Assembly (NCBI GenBank): GCA_029006345.1
Contig: JAQXGK010000019.1
Location: forward strand, 1 to 52,092
Reading direction: 5' to 3'
From: Bacillota bacterium
GTDB lineage: Bacteria; Bacillota; Clostridia; Oscillospirales; SIG627
DNA: 52,092 bases
Shown: positions 1 to 9,283 of the stretch, one piece after another
Position numbering within the stretch: position 1 is the first letter of the stretch
How the letters are laid out: each line of letters opens with the position of its first letter
The notes under the pieces: model-generated
Databases searched by the model: none
What the model was told of the DNA's origin: nothing
Seen by the model: only the letters and a program-made list of their open reading frames with translations
Program-made: the position numbers and the translations under genes

Positions 1-90
1 ATGGGCAGATTGGAGGATGCCCACCGGAAAGTTCTACACACACTACCTTGCTGCCAGACAAGGGGGGAAGGAGTAAGGTCTACAACAAAG

Positions 91-137
91 AAAAAAGACC
101 TACACAGAATCCCCCGCCGGCGGAAACTGTGTAAGTC
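91..137 (-). terminator. Hairpin plus U-tract in a leader downstream of a minus-strand promoter
   Basis: Minus strand GACTTACACAG...CTGTGTAGGTC followed by TTTTTT. Confidence 0.5.
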
Positions 138-175
138 GTAATTTTTCGAAATATGTAATATTTAGTTGTACATCT

Positions 176-202
176 ATTATAACAAATTGTCGCCGGTGCC
201 AA
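176..202 (-). promoter_or_regulatory. Putative extended -10 sigma-A promoter pointing out of the window
   Basis: TG-N-TATAAT at 184..176; TTGGCA is only 15 bp upstream. Confidence 0.45.
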
Positions 203-282
203 GCCCTTTTTGCAAAATTGTTCGATTTGGTTCAAAGTTTTTCCTACTACCCAACCGGTTATCAGAATGCAGAAAAATAGAA

Positions 283-308
283 ACCCGTGGTTCCTAAAAA
301 CCACGGGT
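283..308 (-). terminator. Intrinsic terminator after the 209-aa gene
   Basis: 10-bp stem ACCCGTGGTT/AACCACGGGT followed by T-rich sequence on the minus strand. Confidence 0.7.
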
Positions 309-313
309 AGAAA

Positions 314-943
314 TCACATATCAAACAGTAAAAGTTCCAGCTCTTTTTCAAAATCAGATTTGCAGCAATCTAATCCCTCGTCCACGACTGTTAAATCACG
401 AGCGTCCATATTTCCCAAAGCATATGCTTTTAGAAATAAAAGTTGGTGAATTTTTATCGGTTGGCTTTCGGTTGAATACCGATATCCGTAGAATCCAAAT
501 TCTTTTATCGCTTCGGTACACGCTTTTGCGACTGCATAGCAAAAGTCTCTGTCATTAACCGTATACTCTTGATATGTTTTTCCATAATCCATAGACGACC
601 GCAACAATATGGTATCCCCATCCAGTGGCTTGGTCATTTCTATTGTCATATTTGTTCCTTCGTCATCCCAGTCAACGGTAACCGTAGTTGCTTGTATCTC
701 GTGTTTATCGTTTGAATGATATTCGCGCTTGTTCCATTCGCAATGTCCGTCTAATCTTCCGTTCCTGTTTTCGCAATATAGCGTGTATAGGGCACAGACA
801 AATTCTCCAAATTGATCACCCATCGCAGTGCTTGGTGTATATTCCAGTTTTTTATCACCAAAATCAAAAGATACTGCTAACAATGCTGTACCAAGCGGTT
901 CAATATGGACTTTGATATTGCAGTCTCGTTTTTGAAGTTTCAT
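314..943 (-). CDS. Hypothetical protein (209 aa), AT-rich
   Basis: Long ORF with GAGGTG RBS and downstream terminator; no recognisable motif. Confidence 0.8.
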   Translation of the reverse strand: MKLQKRDCNIKVHIEPLGTALLAVSFDFGDKKLEYTPSTAMGDQFGEFVCALYTLYCENRNGRLDGHCEWNKREYHSNDKHEIQATTVTVDWDDEGTNMTIEMTKPLDGDTILLRSSMDYGKTYQEYTVNDRDFCYAVAKACTEAIKEFGFYGYRYSTESQPIKIHQLLFLKAYALGNMDARDLTVVDEGLDCCKSDFEKELELLLFDM

Positions 944-946
944 AAT

Positions 947-1078
947 TCACACCTCTCTTTGGATACTTTTATACATAAGCGACGTCGTTACCTTAATGTT
1001 GAAATAGACATCTGTCCAACCGGCACCATATGGCACGAGTTTTAGTTTCATTCCACAGTCTCTTTTGATTAATTCCAT
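947..1078 (-). pseudogene. 43-aa ORF, probable truncated paralog of the 314..943 gene
   Basis: Translated by hand: MELIKRDCGMKLKLVPYGAGWTDVYFNIKVTTSLMYKSIQREV; aligns with MKLQKRDCNIKVHIEPLG; RBS GAGGTAAGGTG upstream. Confidence 0.6.
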
Positions 1079-1083
1079 TAGTG

Positions 1084-1347
1084 TCACCTTACCTCGTCCT
1101 GAAAACTATCTACATATTCTTCTAACCATTCGTGCTCGATAGGTTTGAACTCATTCTTGCTGGTGACAGAAACTCCGTCAGCACCTAACGATATCATATA
1201 ACTGTCGGTTTCCAACAGAAGACGGTATCCTTCGGTGGTGTGAAATGCAATGTCGTGATAAACATCAAACCAACAGTTAGCACCATCAATATCCCGGTAT
1301 TCATTTTGACCAAGATATACGGCAATAATCTTTTCATCGCAAAACAT
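1084..1347 (-). CDS. Small hypothetical protein or gene fragment (87 aa from the ATG at 1347)
   Basis: GAGGTG RBS 6 nt before the ATG; protein-like composition. Confidence 0.55.
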   Translation of the reverse strand: MFCDEKIIAVYLGQNEYRDIDGANCWFDVYHDIAFHTTEGYRLLLETDSYMISLGADGVSVTSKNEFKPIEHEWLEEYVDSFQDEVR

Positions 1348-1530
1348 AGTAATCACCTCACTTAATTATTGTTCGTCAGAAATAGGGCAAAAATCATCAG
1401 AAGGAAGCGTTGCATAATAGGAATGAATTATCCATTAGGAGAAAGGTAAATTCTGAAATAAGTTTGTTTCGGAGTTATATCGATCGTAATCACTCCTTTA
1501 CAAAGTCATCTAATTTATCCTTCTGAAATT

Positions 1531-1564
1531 ATTATAACACGGCCACTGTCCCATAAAAAGGACT
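1531..1564 (-). promoter_or_regulatory. Extended -10 promoter with a GTCC-N8-GGAC palindrome over the -35 region
   Basis: TG-N-TATAAT (hexamer 1536..1531); TGTCCCATAAAAAGGACT at 1547-1564. Confidence 0.5.
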
Positions 1565-1601
1565 TTGCTGTGTTTTTTTGCGATTGCCCGAGATAAAAAA
1601 T

Positions 1602-1627
1602 ACCGGCGGCTCACATGAGCCGCCGGT
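1602..1627 (-). terminator. Terminator of the sleC-like gene
   Basis: Perfect stem ACCGGCGGCTCA/TGAGCCGCCGGT with a T-tract on the minus strand. Confidence 0.75.
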
Positions 1628-1685
1628 TTCTTGCCTGTTTCAGCCTATGATTTTTCGGCCTGCAGGATATCAGCTTGTGGTTTTG

Positions 1686-4088
1686 TCAGCTAAAAAGCCT
1701 TTCCCATGTGGCATAATCGACCGTTCCGCTGACCGGAAGGCCGCAGGACCGCTGGAAGTCCTCGACTGCGCGGCGCGTCTGTATGCCGTAGAGGAAATTA
1801 TCTCCGAGGACCGACATTTTTTCTCCGCCGACTTCAGAAAGGCGGTGCTTCAGCGTCAGTACCTCCCTGCCGAAGCTGCCGATCGAGAGCTGACGCCCGG
1901 CGAAGCTCTTTTCGCGGTATATTTTCATATCGTTGTCTCTGCTTGCTTCGTGCATTGCGGGCAAGTCCGCGGCAACGCTTATCGGATATGCCGTCTCTGC
2001 CGCCTGTTGTTCGGGCAGAGGTTTAGCCGAGCCGACAGAACGGTTTAGACATCCGTTTGTAGTCGAAGCGCGGATAGAATTGATAGCGTCCCATGTGCGC
2101 GAGCCGACTATTCCGTCTGCCGTAAGACCGAACAGATTCTGGAAGGAGATGACGGCGCCCCTTGTGGCGGGCCCGAATATCGAATCCACCTCGACGGCGG
2201 GAATCACCGGCAATGTAGTGCGAATCGAGTTGAGACTTCTCTGGATATACGCGACATTGGCTCCGGTCGAGCCCTGACGAAGCGGTGAGCCGGGATAGGG
2301 GACGGCGTTCTCAGGAGTTGAGGATGTCACACAGCCGCTTTTGACAGCCGAATATACGCTTCCGAGCCTGTTCCAGGTCACAGGCCCGACCACACCGTCG
2401 GCAGACAGTCCGAATATGCGCTGAAACTGCTTGACTGCCGCCGCCGTTTTTGCACCGTAAATACCGTCCGCACTCAGCTTTGGAATTGAACGGAATACAT
2501 CGGAAATCCCGTTCAGTAAGCTCTGAATATACAGCACGTTAGCGCCGGTTGAGCCGGAGGTGACCGGTGTGCCGGGATAATCCCTTACAGCGACAGTATT
2601 GTTTTCTTCGACATTGTCAACGGTGCCGTTGTAAACGTCTACCAGCTTGTTCCAGGTGCGCGAGCCGACTACGCCGTCCGGCACTAATCCGTAGAACGAC
2701 TGAAAAGCTCTCACGGCGTTTGCCGTACCGGCGCCGTAACGGCCGTCTATCTTGACGGACGGTATAGATGAGTTAAACGCGGCTATTCGCGAAAGATAGA
2801 ACTGTATCTCCTGCACCTCCGAGCCGATGCTGCCCTGCTTGAGCGCAAAGCCGGGATAGCTTTGCTGGCTGTAGTCCACGCGCTGTCCTTCACTTGACAG
2901 TTCTGCCAGTTTCTTTATCGCGGTGTATATATATGAGAGCCGGTACCATGTCTTTTTGCCGACAATCCCGTCGGCCGTAAGTCCGAACAGCCTCTGAAAG
3001 GCCTTTACCGCCGCCGCTGTTTTTTCGCCGAATATACCGTCTACCTGCCCCAGCGGTATTGCGGGGTAATTTATTGCCGTGCGGTTGAGCTGTTCCTGAA
3101 TCACCCTCACGGGCTCGCCGGACGAGCCTGCAGACAGCGGATATCCCGGATAGGATTCCTCTATCCCGCGAATGTCGTTGCTGGTTACGATGTCGATATC
3201 GCCGTAATAGAATTTGAGTATCTCGAGGGGGGAATACCCTTGATTTGCAAGGTAAACCGTGCCCCATTGCGACATTCCGGGGCAGGTGACGCTCGTGCCG
3301 TTGCAGTATTCGGCGTAAAACGGCTCCTGACGGCCGGGCTTGCGCAGATAATTGTTGAAAATCTCATCGACAATGGTGCTTATAGAATCATAGATATTTC
3401 TGCCGTGAACATAATACTGGTCGTAGGCGGTAGAGCTGGTTATGTCGAAGGGATACCCCTGGGAACGGTACCATTCGGTGTATATGCGGTTGAGCGCAAG
3501 CGAAATTTCAGCCAAAATGTTGGCACGCAGGGCATTTTCCGGCCATGTCGGATATATTTCGCTCGAGGCTACGTTTTTGATATAGTCGATGAACGGTACC
3601 GTCACATTGCTTGCGGAGGAAGAGGGACTGCCGAGATGTACCGTTATTTTGCCGGGGATATAGACCTCCCCGAGAATGCGCGCCTGCTTGGCATAGGATG
3701 TCTGCGGCACATAGTCCTGCAGCAGTGCGTTTTCGCCTATAGGATATACTATTTCAAATTCCTCCATATCCCCGGGCAGCGGAATCATTTCGACCGGCAG
3801 CGTGGTTCTCTCGCCGCCGAATATTTGAACTCCCTTGACGGTTTGCGGGTAATATCCCGCCTTGGTAATTCTGACGTCGTATTTTGCATACGGTATCTGC
3901 CCGCTAGGCTCGAGCGAGTCTGCGGGGTCGGGCGCGTCAAGCTCTATCGGACGCAGCTCGCCGTTTTCGGTAGCCATGCCCTCGAATATCACCGTGCCGC
4001 TGTCGTCTGAAACCCGTACTAACGCTTCGGAGACGGGAAGCGCCTCGTCGGCGGTGGCGGCATCGACCTGCAAAAATCCCTTTGCCAT
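1686..4088 (-). CDS. sleC: SleC-like spore cortex-lytic enzyme with multiple C-terminal peptidoglycan-binding domains
   Basis: Motifs IPGKITVHLG, YIKNVASSEIYPTWP, GMSQWG; repeated YPG..L..GS.G..V..IQ..L...DG.FG..T..AV..FQ units. Confidence 0.8.
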   Translation of the reverse strand: MAKGFLQVDAATADEALPVSEALVRVSDDSGTVIFEGMATENGELRPIELDAPDPADSLEPSGQIPYAKYDVRITKAGYYPQTVKGVQIFGGERTTLPVEMIPLPGDMEEFEIVYPIGENALLQDYVPQTSYAKQARILGEVYIPGKITVHLGSPSSSASNVTVPFIDYIKNVASSEIYPTWPENALRANILAEISLALNRIYTEWYRSQGYPFDITSSTAYDQYYVHGRNIYDSISTIVDEIFNNYLRKPGRQEPFYAEYCNGTSVTCPGMSQWGTVYLANQGYSPLEILKFYYGDIDIVTSNDIRGIEESYPGYPLSAGSSGEPVRVIQEQLNRTAINYPAIPLGQVDGIFGEKTAAAVKAFQRLFGLTADGIVGKKTWYRLSYIYTAIKKLAELSSEGQRVDYSQQSYPGFALKQGSIGSEVQEIQFYLSRIAAFNSSIPSVKIDGRYGAGTANAVRAFQSFYGLVPDGVVGSRTWNKLVDVYNGTVDNVEENNTVAVRDYPGTPVTSGSTGANVLYIQSLLNGISDVFRSIPKLSADGIYGAKTAAAVKQFQRIFGLSADGVVGPVTWNRLGSVYSAVKSGCVTSSTPENAVPYPGSPLRQGSTGANVAYIQRSLNSIRTTLPVIPAVEVDSIFGPATRGAVISFQNLFGLTADGIVGSRTWDAINSIRASTTNGCLNRSVGSAKPLPEQQAAETAYPISVAADLPAMHEASRDNDMKIYREKSFAGRQLSIGSFGREVLTLKHRLSEVGGEKMSVLGDNFLYGIQTRRAVEDFQRSCGLPVSGTVDYATWERLFS

Positions 4089-4154
4089 TGTGAAAATCTC
4101 TCCTTATTTATAGGTTTTATTCCCATTATATTGACAAAGAGGCGAATTTGTTAA

Positions 4155-4187
4155 AAAAGCCGGAGGCCGTTGAAGACCTCCGGTTTT
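4155..4187 (-). terminator. Terminator of the P-type ATPase gene
   Basis: AAAAGCCGGAGG...CCTCCGGTTTT inverted repeat. Confidence 0.6.
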
Positions 4188-4202
4188 GCTCGGCTGAAAG
4201 CT

Positions 4203-6569
4203 TTATTCTTTGTTCCTGTGCCGGTAGAATTTTACTGTCAGCAATTTCAGAACGATGAAAAAACTTACCGAAAATGTTATCATAAGCGTCAGTAACAGCC
4301 AGGATGCTCCGTCTAACCTTTGCAGACCGAAGAAGCCGCCGAATACGGTAAGGCCGATTATCAGACCGGCGGATACGACGGTAAACAGAGCGGCGCGCAG
4401 CTTGTTGAACGGATAGCAGGCGCAGGCGAGCACCGCGAGCCCTATACAGCCGGCAATTGCCACGCTTACGGTCGGACGGCTCTCGGGTGATATCGAGAAT
4501 AGATCAAAGGCCAATGCGGTTACAATAAGACCGGCGGCCGCCGAAATGCCGCCCGGGAAGGCGCGCGTCAGAATGTTGCGCAGAAATCCGGGTTTGACCC
4601 TGTCGTGATTCGGTTCGAGGGCAAGCACGAAGCCGGGAAATCCGATGGTCAGCGAGCTGATAAGCGTCAGTTGGATGGGAATAAAAGGATAGCTGTAATT
4701 CAAGAAGATAAAAGCTATGCTGAGTATGATAGAATATATCGTCTTGACGAGAAACAAAAGTGCCGTGCGCTCAATGTTGTTGATAGACCTCCTGCCCTCG
4801 TCCACTATGGCGGGCATGACCGAGAAATCGGAGTTTGTCAGCACAAGCTCCGAAATATTGCGCGCCGCGCCCGCGCCGCTTGCCAGCGCCACCGAGCAGT
4901 CGGCCTCTTTGAGCGCCAGCACGTCGTTCACTCCGTCGCCGGTCATAGCCACAGTATGCCCGGAGTCCTTCAGGGCCTTTATTATGACCTGCTTTTGAAT
5001 CGGCGAAACCCGCGCAAAAATGCGGGTGCCGCCTACGGCCGCCGCAAGCGCCCCGTCGTCCAGTTGCGAAGCGTCGACGGCGTTTTCACAGCCGTCCAGA
5101 CCGACCCGTTCTCCGACGGCGCGCACCGTCTGTACGCTGTCTCCGGAAATTATGCGTATGTCTACGCCCTGACTCTTAAAGTATTCTATGGTGCCTGCCG
5201 CCGAGGGACGTATTTTGTCCCTGAGGGTAATCAGCGCGACCGGCGTTATGCCGCCGGGCAGTCTTCCGTCCTCTATTGTACCGTCCGAATGGGCAAGCAG
5301 CAGGACGCGGCATTTTTCGGAAAGCTCGGAAATGCGCTCCGCAAGCTCCTCAGACATTGACGGTAAAATCTTTTCAGCCGCCCCGAGAATAACCGTCCCC
5401 TCGCCACTGTAGTGCGCGGCAGACCACTTGTTTGCCGACGAGAACCGAATGGCGGCGTCCGGCAGCAGCCTGTCAATTTTTGCAAAATGAGCCTTGAGAG
5501 CCGAGGAGGTGGCGTTGTCGTCGCTGTCAGCCCAAAGTACGAGCGACAAGAGTCTCTCGGCGTCTTTATCCGACAGCCTTTCGAGTCCGTCGTATTCCAT
5601 CAGCCCTTCGGTCAGCGTGCCGGTTTTGTCGATACACAGCGTGTCTACCCGGGCAAGCGTTTCTATGCAGTAGAGCGACTGCACCAGCACCTTCCTTTTC
5701 GAGAGGCGTATCACGCTTACAGCCAAGACCGTGTCGGTCAGCAGTATCAGCCCCTCGGGTATCATGCCGATTATGGCGGCAGAAGCGTTGGTGACGGCTG
5801 TTGCCACGTCGGCGCCCTTGAGAGTGAGCTGATTAATAACCAGCGCCGTTCCGAGCGGGAATATAACCACCGAAATAATGCGGATTATTTTTTTGAGAGT
5901 GCTCATTATTTCGGAGTATGCCTTTTTGTACGCCTTTGCTTCGCGGGAAATGCGGGAAATGTACTTTGCTTCGCCCACCTTACGGCAGACTGCCGTCACA
6001 TTGCCGGTGGAAATAAAGCTGCCGCACAGCAGGGTGTCGCCGACCCTTTTTGCCACGGCGTCCTGCTCGCCGGTGAGAAACGCTTCGTTTGCGTCACATT
6101 CGCCGTCTATTACTTCGCAGTCGCATACCACTGCGTCTCCGGAGGAAAGCACGGTTATGTCGCCGCACACTACCTCCTGTGAGCCGATTTCGCGTATTCT
6201 GCCGTCACGCAAGACCCTGACGGCGGGAGCGGACTCGAGAGACAGCCGGTCGAGTGCGCGCTTGGCTCTGACTTCCTGAAAAATTCCGATGGCGAGGTTG
6301 CAGAGTACAACGCCCATAAATAATATGTTCTTGTATGAACCGACCGCGATGAGAGAAACGGCTATTATCGCATTTATCAGGTTAAAAAGCGTGCAAATGT
6401 TGTCACGCAGGATTTCGGAGAGTTTTTTTGAAGTATCGCTGCCGGCAGTATTTGCGTCGCCGGCTTGGGCGCGCGCCCTTGCCTCGGCCTCGGTCAGACC
6501 GTACGCCGCGTCGGTTTCGGGATAAACGCGCTCGGCGCCCGATTTGACGTCCGGCTTGTTCTTTATCAT
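4203..6569 (-). CDS. Cation-transporting P-type ATPase (CtpE-like)
   Basis: DKTGTLT, PEGL, LTGE and MTGDGVND motifs; start moved to the ATG after RBS GAAAGGA. Confidence 0.9.
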   Translation of the reverse strand: MIKNKPDVKSGAERVYPETDAAYGLTEAEARARAQAGDANTAGSDTSKKLSEILRDNICTLFNLINAIIAVSLIAVGSYKNILFMGVVLCNLAIGIFQEVRAKRALDRLSLESAPAVRVLRDGRIREIGSQEVVCGDITVLSSGDAVVCDCEVIDGECDANEAFLTGEQDAVAKRVGDTLLCGSFISTGNVTAVCRKVGEAKYISRISREAKAYKKAYSEIMSTLKKIIRIISVVIFPLGTALVINQLTLKGADVATAVTNASAAIIGMIPEGLILLTDTVLAVSVIRLSKRKVLVQSLYCIETLARVDTLCIDKTGTLTEGLMEYDGLERLSDKDAERLLSLVLWADSDDNATSSALKAHFAKIDRLLPDAAIRFSSANKWSAAHYSGEGTVILGAAEKILPSMSEELAERISELSEKCRVLLLAHSDGTIEDGRLPGGITPVALITLRDKIRPSAAGTIEYFKSQGVDIRIISGDSVQTVRAVGERVGLDGCENAVDASQLDDGALAAAVGGTRIFARVSPIQKQVIIKALKDSGHTVAMTGDGVNDVLALKEADCSVALASGAGAARNISELVLTNSDFSVMPAIVDEGRRSINNIERTALLFLVKTIYSIILSIAFIFLNYSYPFIPIQLTLISSLTIGFPGFVLALEPNHDRVKPGFLRNILTRAFPGGISAAAGLIVTALAFDLFSISPESRPTVSVAIAGCIGLAVLACACYPFNKLRAALFTVVSAGLIIGLTVFGGFFGLQRLDGASWLLLTLMITFSVSFFIVLKLLTVKFYRHRNKE

Positions 6570-6718
6570 TGTTTTGCCGTTCCTTTCGTGCGATTTGATA
6601 ATATATCCGTTCATTCTACATTCTACATCTCAAACCTGCGCTGTTTCAAGGTCTGCCGCCGTTAGTTTACAATTATTTACAAATATCTGCAAATGCGCGC
6701 AATCAATGCATTTTCTTA

Positions 6719-6747
6719 TTGCGCAAACTCTTTTGTTGTTATATAAT
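6719..6747 (+). promoter_or_regulatory. Sigma-A promoter of the galU operon
   Basis: TTGCGC-17-TATAAT. Confidence 0.6.
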
Positions 6748-6789
6748 TAATTTGATTAAATTTCGTTGAAAGTGAGGAATTGATATATC

Positions 6790-7659
6790 ATGAAAGTGAC
6801 AAAAGCGATAATTCCTGCCGCCGGTCTCGGCACACGAATGTTACCCATCTCAAAGGGTGTTCCGAAGGAGATGCTTCCGGTAGTCGATAAGCCCGTAATG
6901 CAGTACCTTGTCGAGGAGGCTGTCAATAGCGGTATTACCGATATTCTCATCATTACAAACCGAGGCAAGGAGGCCATAGAAAACTATTTCGACTTCTGCC
7001 CGGATTACGAATCAAGCCTTGAAAAGAAGGGAAAGCTTAAGGAGCTCAAGCAGATACGCGACATCGCCACACTCTGTAATATTTCCTTCCTTCGTCAGAA
7101 GGAGGCCAAGGGTCTCGGCCACGCCGTAAGCTGTGCCAGGAGCTTTATCGGCAATGATCCGTTCATGGTGCTGTACGGCGACGATATGATAGATGCCGAG
7201 GTCCCCACCTCAAAGCAAATGATCGAGCTTTATGAGAAGTACGGCAAGCCGGTTCTCGGCGTTCAGGCCGTCACAAGGGAGCAGATTAAGAAGTATTCCA
7301 GCCTTGACGCGGAAAAGATAGACGACCGTGTGTATAAGGTCAAGGATATGATAGAAAAGCCGGATGACGAGCATATCATCACTCTGCTTTCAATCCTCGG
7401 CAGGGTTCTTCTTACCCCCGATATATTTGACATTCTGGAAGAAACAAAGCCGGGTGCAGGCAATGAGATACAGCTGACCGACGCCATGGCGGAATATGCC
7501 CGCCGCTACGGAATGATAGCGTATGAATTCCCCGGCGTACGTCACGATATGGGTTCAAAGCTCGGATTTCTCAAGGCAAATGTAATGCTCGCCCTCAAGG
7601 ATCCCGAGCTGGGCGAAGATTTCAAGGGTTGGCTCAAGGATTATACAAAGTCACTCTGA
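6790..7659 (+). CDS. galU: UTP-glucose-1-phosphate uridylyltransferase
   Basis: KAIIPAAGLGTRMLP, PKEMLPVVDKP, GLGHAV, EIQLTDA. Confidence 0.95.
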   Translation: MKVTKAIIPAAGLGTRMLPISKGVPKEMLPVVDKPVMQYLVEEAVNSGITDILIITNRGKEAIENYFDFCPDYESSLEKKGKLKELKQIRDIATLCNISFLRQKEAKGLGHAVSCARSFIGNDPFMVLYGDDMIDAEVPTSKQMIELYEKYGKPVLGVQAVTREQIKKYSSLDAEKIDDRVYKVKDMIEKPDDEHIITLLSILGRVLLTPDIFDILEETKPGAGNEIQLTDAMAEYARRYGMIAYEFPGVRHDMGSKLGFLKANVMLALKDPELGEDFKGWLKDYTKSL

Positions 7660-7692
7660 AATAATCTGAAATAGAAAACGGAGGATACCGTC

Positions 7693-8187
7693 ATGGAAAA
7701 GGCACGCGCCAGTAAGACCAATTATTATCTTAATATAGCGCAGTCAGTGGCTGAACGGAGCACCTGCCTCAGAAAGAAATTCGGCGCCATCATTGTCAAG
7801 AATGACTCTATCATCTCTACGGGCTATAACGGAGCGCCCCGGGGAAGAAAGAATTGCTGCGATTTGAACTACTGCCTTCGCGAGCAGATGAATATTCCCC
7901 GCGGCGAGCGCTACGAGCTCTGCCGCGCGCTGCACGCCGAGCAGAATGCCATCATATCGGCAGGCCGCGAGGAAATGATAGGCTCAACACTCTATCTTAG
8001 CTGTACCGATGCAAAGACAGGCGAGCTGATACCCGACACAAACTGCTGTCAGATGTGCAAGCGCATGGTCATTAACGCCGGCATCAGTACGGTCGTTATC
8101 CGAAATACTCCCGAGGAGTACACCGTCATAAATACCCGCGAGTGGATATTTAATGACGACAGTCTCGACGGTAGCTTCGGCTATTGA
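7693..8187 (+). CDS. dCMP deaminase family protein
   Basis: RSTCLR, STGYNG, HAEQNAI, C-x2-C zinc site. Confidence 0.9.
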   Translation: MEKARASKTNYYLNIAQSVAERSTCLRKKFGAIIVKNDSIISTGYNGAPRGRKNCCDLNYCLREQMNIPRGERYELCRALHAEQNAIISAGREEMIGSTLYLSCTDAKTGELIPDTNCCQMCKRMVINAGISTVVIRNTPEEYTVINTREWIFNDDSLDGSFGY

Positions 8188-8252
8188 GCCTTTGCCCCAC
8201 TGCGCCGCCGCTTGTCCGGGGCGCAGCTTTTTCCGAAACATAAGGATAAATA

Positions 8253-8855
8253 ATGAAAAGAATATCAGCAATAATACTTATTTTAGCGCTTTGCGTCTGC
8301 TTTTTCGCCTCATGCTCGGACGAAAAAGCCTTGAAGGTCACCGGCGACCGTCTGGTCGATAAGGAGAGCAATGTGAATTATGTCATGTGTTCTCCCAGCC
8401 TTCAGGCAGTCAGCATCAAGGGCGAAATTACGAGCTATAACGACACTGTGCTTTATGAGGTAGAGGGTCTGCCGACGGATCAGTATCTGAGCGAAAACTA
8501 TGACGGTCTGAATTATCTCTACCGCGCGGACTCGGTCGAGGAGCCTACGCTTGAAACCTTCGGCGCCATGTCGGCGCTTGTCTGTATCAAGGGAGATACT
8601 ACGCTTGTAAATTCCGTTATCAGCGACAAAAATACCGTAGATCAGCTTGCCGCACTTTTAGAGACAGGTGAGCAGACGGTACTGCCGGCCTACACCGATT
8701 CGAGCTTTGATATCAAGCTGGTCAGCGAGAGCTGCCCCTATCTTTATTACCGCATTTCGGCGATACGTTCCATATCGGGGGAGGTCGTGCTGTACGATAA
8801 GGGCACACGCCGCTGCGTCAGCGCCGGAAAACTGCTTGATGAGTACATAAAATGA
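8253..8855 (+). CDS. Hypothetical lipoprotein
   Basis: Signal peptide ending in lipobox FASC. Confidence 0.75.
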   Translation: MKRISAIILILALCVCFFASCSDEKALKVTGDRLVDKESNVNYVMCSPSLQAVSIKGEITSYNDTVLYEVEGLPTDQYLSENYDGLNYLYRADSVEEPTLETFGAMSALVCIKGDTTLVNSVISDKNTVDQLAALLETGEQTVLPAYTDSSFDIKLVSESCPYLYYRISAIRSISGEVVLYDKGTRRCVSAGKLLDEYIK

Positions 8856-9283
8856 AGAAACTGTTGTTTGTTTGCACCGCCAATACCTGCCGAAGCCCCA
8901 TGGCGGAGGCTATCGCGCCGATTGTTTGCCGGGATCGCGGCATAGACGTGTCCTGCGACAGCGCCGGGATTTTCGCCGCGAGAGGAGACAGCATGAGCGC
9001 CAATGCTTCGGCGGCTCTTGAAAAACTGTACGGGATAAAGGATTTTGTCCACCGTTCTCAGCCGATTACCAAAGAGCTTTTCGAGCACAGCGACCTTGTT
9101 GTCGGCATGACCGGCAGTCATGTGAAATTGCTTGAAAGCCTATTCGGCAAGAGCGATAAAATTATTGCCATGCCGCGCGAAATAGGCGACCCGTACGGCG
9201 GATATCTCGAAACCTACGAGCTTGCGGCGAGGGAGATCGCCGAGGGCATTGAGCGGCTTATCGAGAAGAAAGTGATTGTTTGA
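8852..9283 (+). CDS. Low-molecular-weight protein Arg/Tyr phosphatase (YwlE/PtpA-like)
   Basis: P-loop LFVCTANTCRSPMAE and DPYGG. Confidence 0.9.
   Translation: MKKLLFVCTANTCRSPMAEAIAPIVCRDRGIDVSCDSAGIFAARGDSMSANASAALEKLYGIKDFVHRSQPITKELFEHSDLVVGMTGSHVKLLESLFGKSDKIIAMPREIGDPYGGYLETYELAAREIAEGIERLIEKKVIV

Noticed and set aside
1-1600. Intact mobile element or prophage at the left end
   Set aside because: No integrase, transposase, terminal repeats or phage genes visible in the window
6661-6685. Possible Rex box upstream of galU
   Set aside because: Too many mismatches to TTGTGAA-N4-TTCACAA in an AT-rich region
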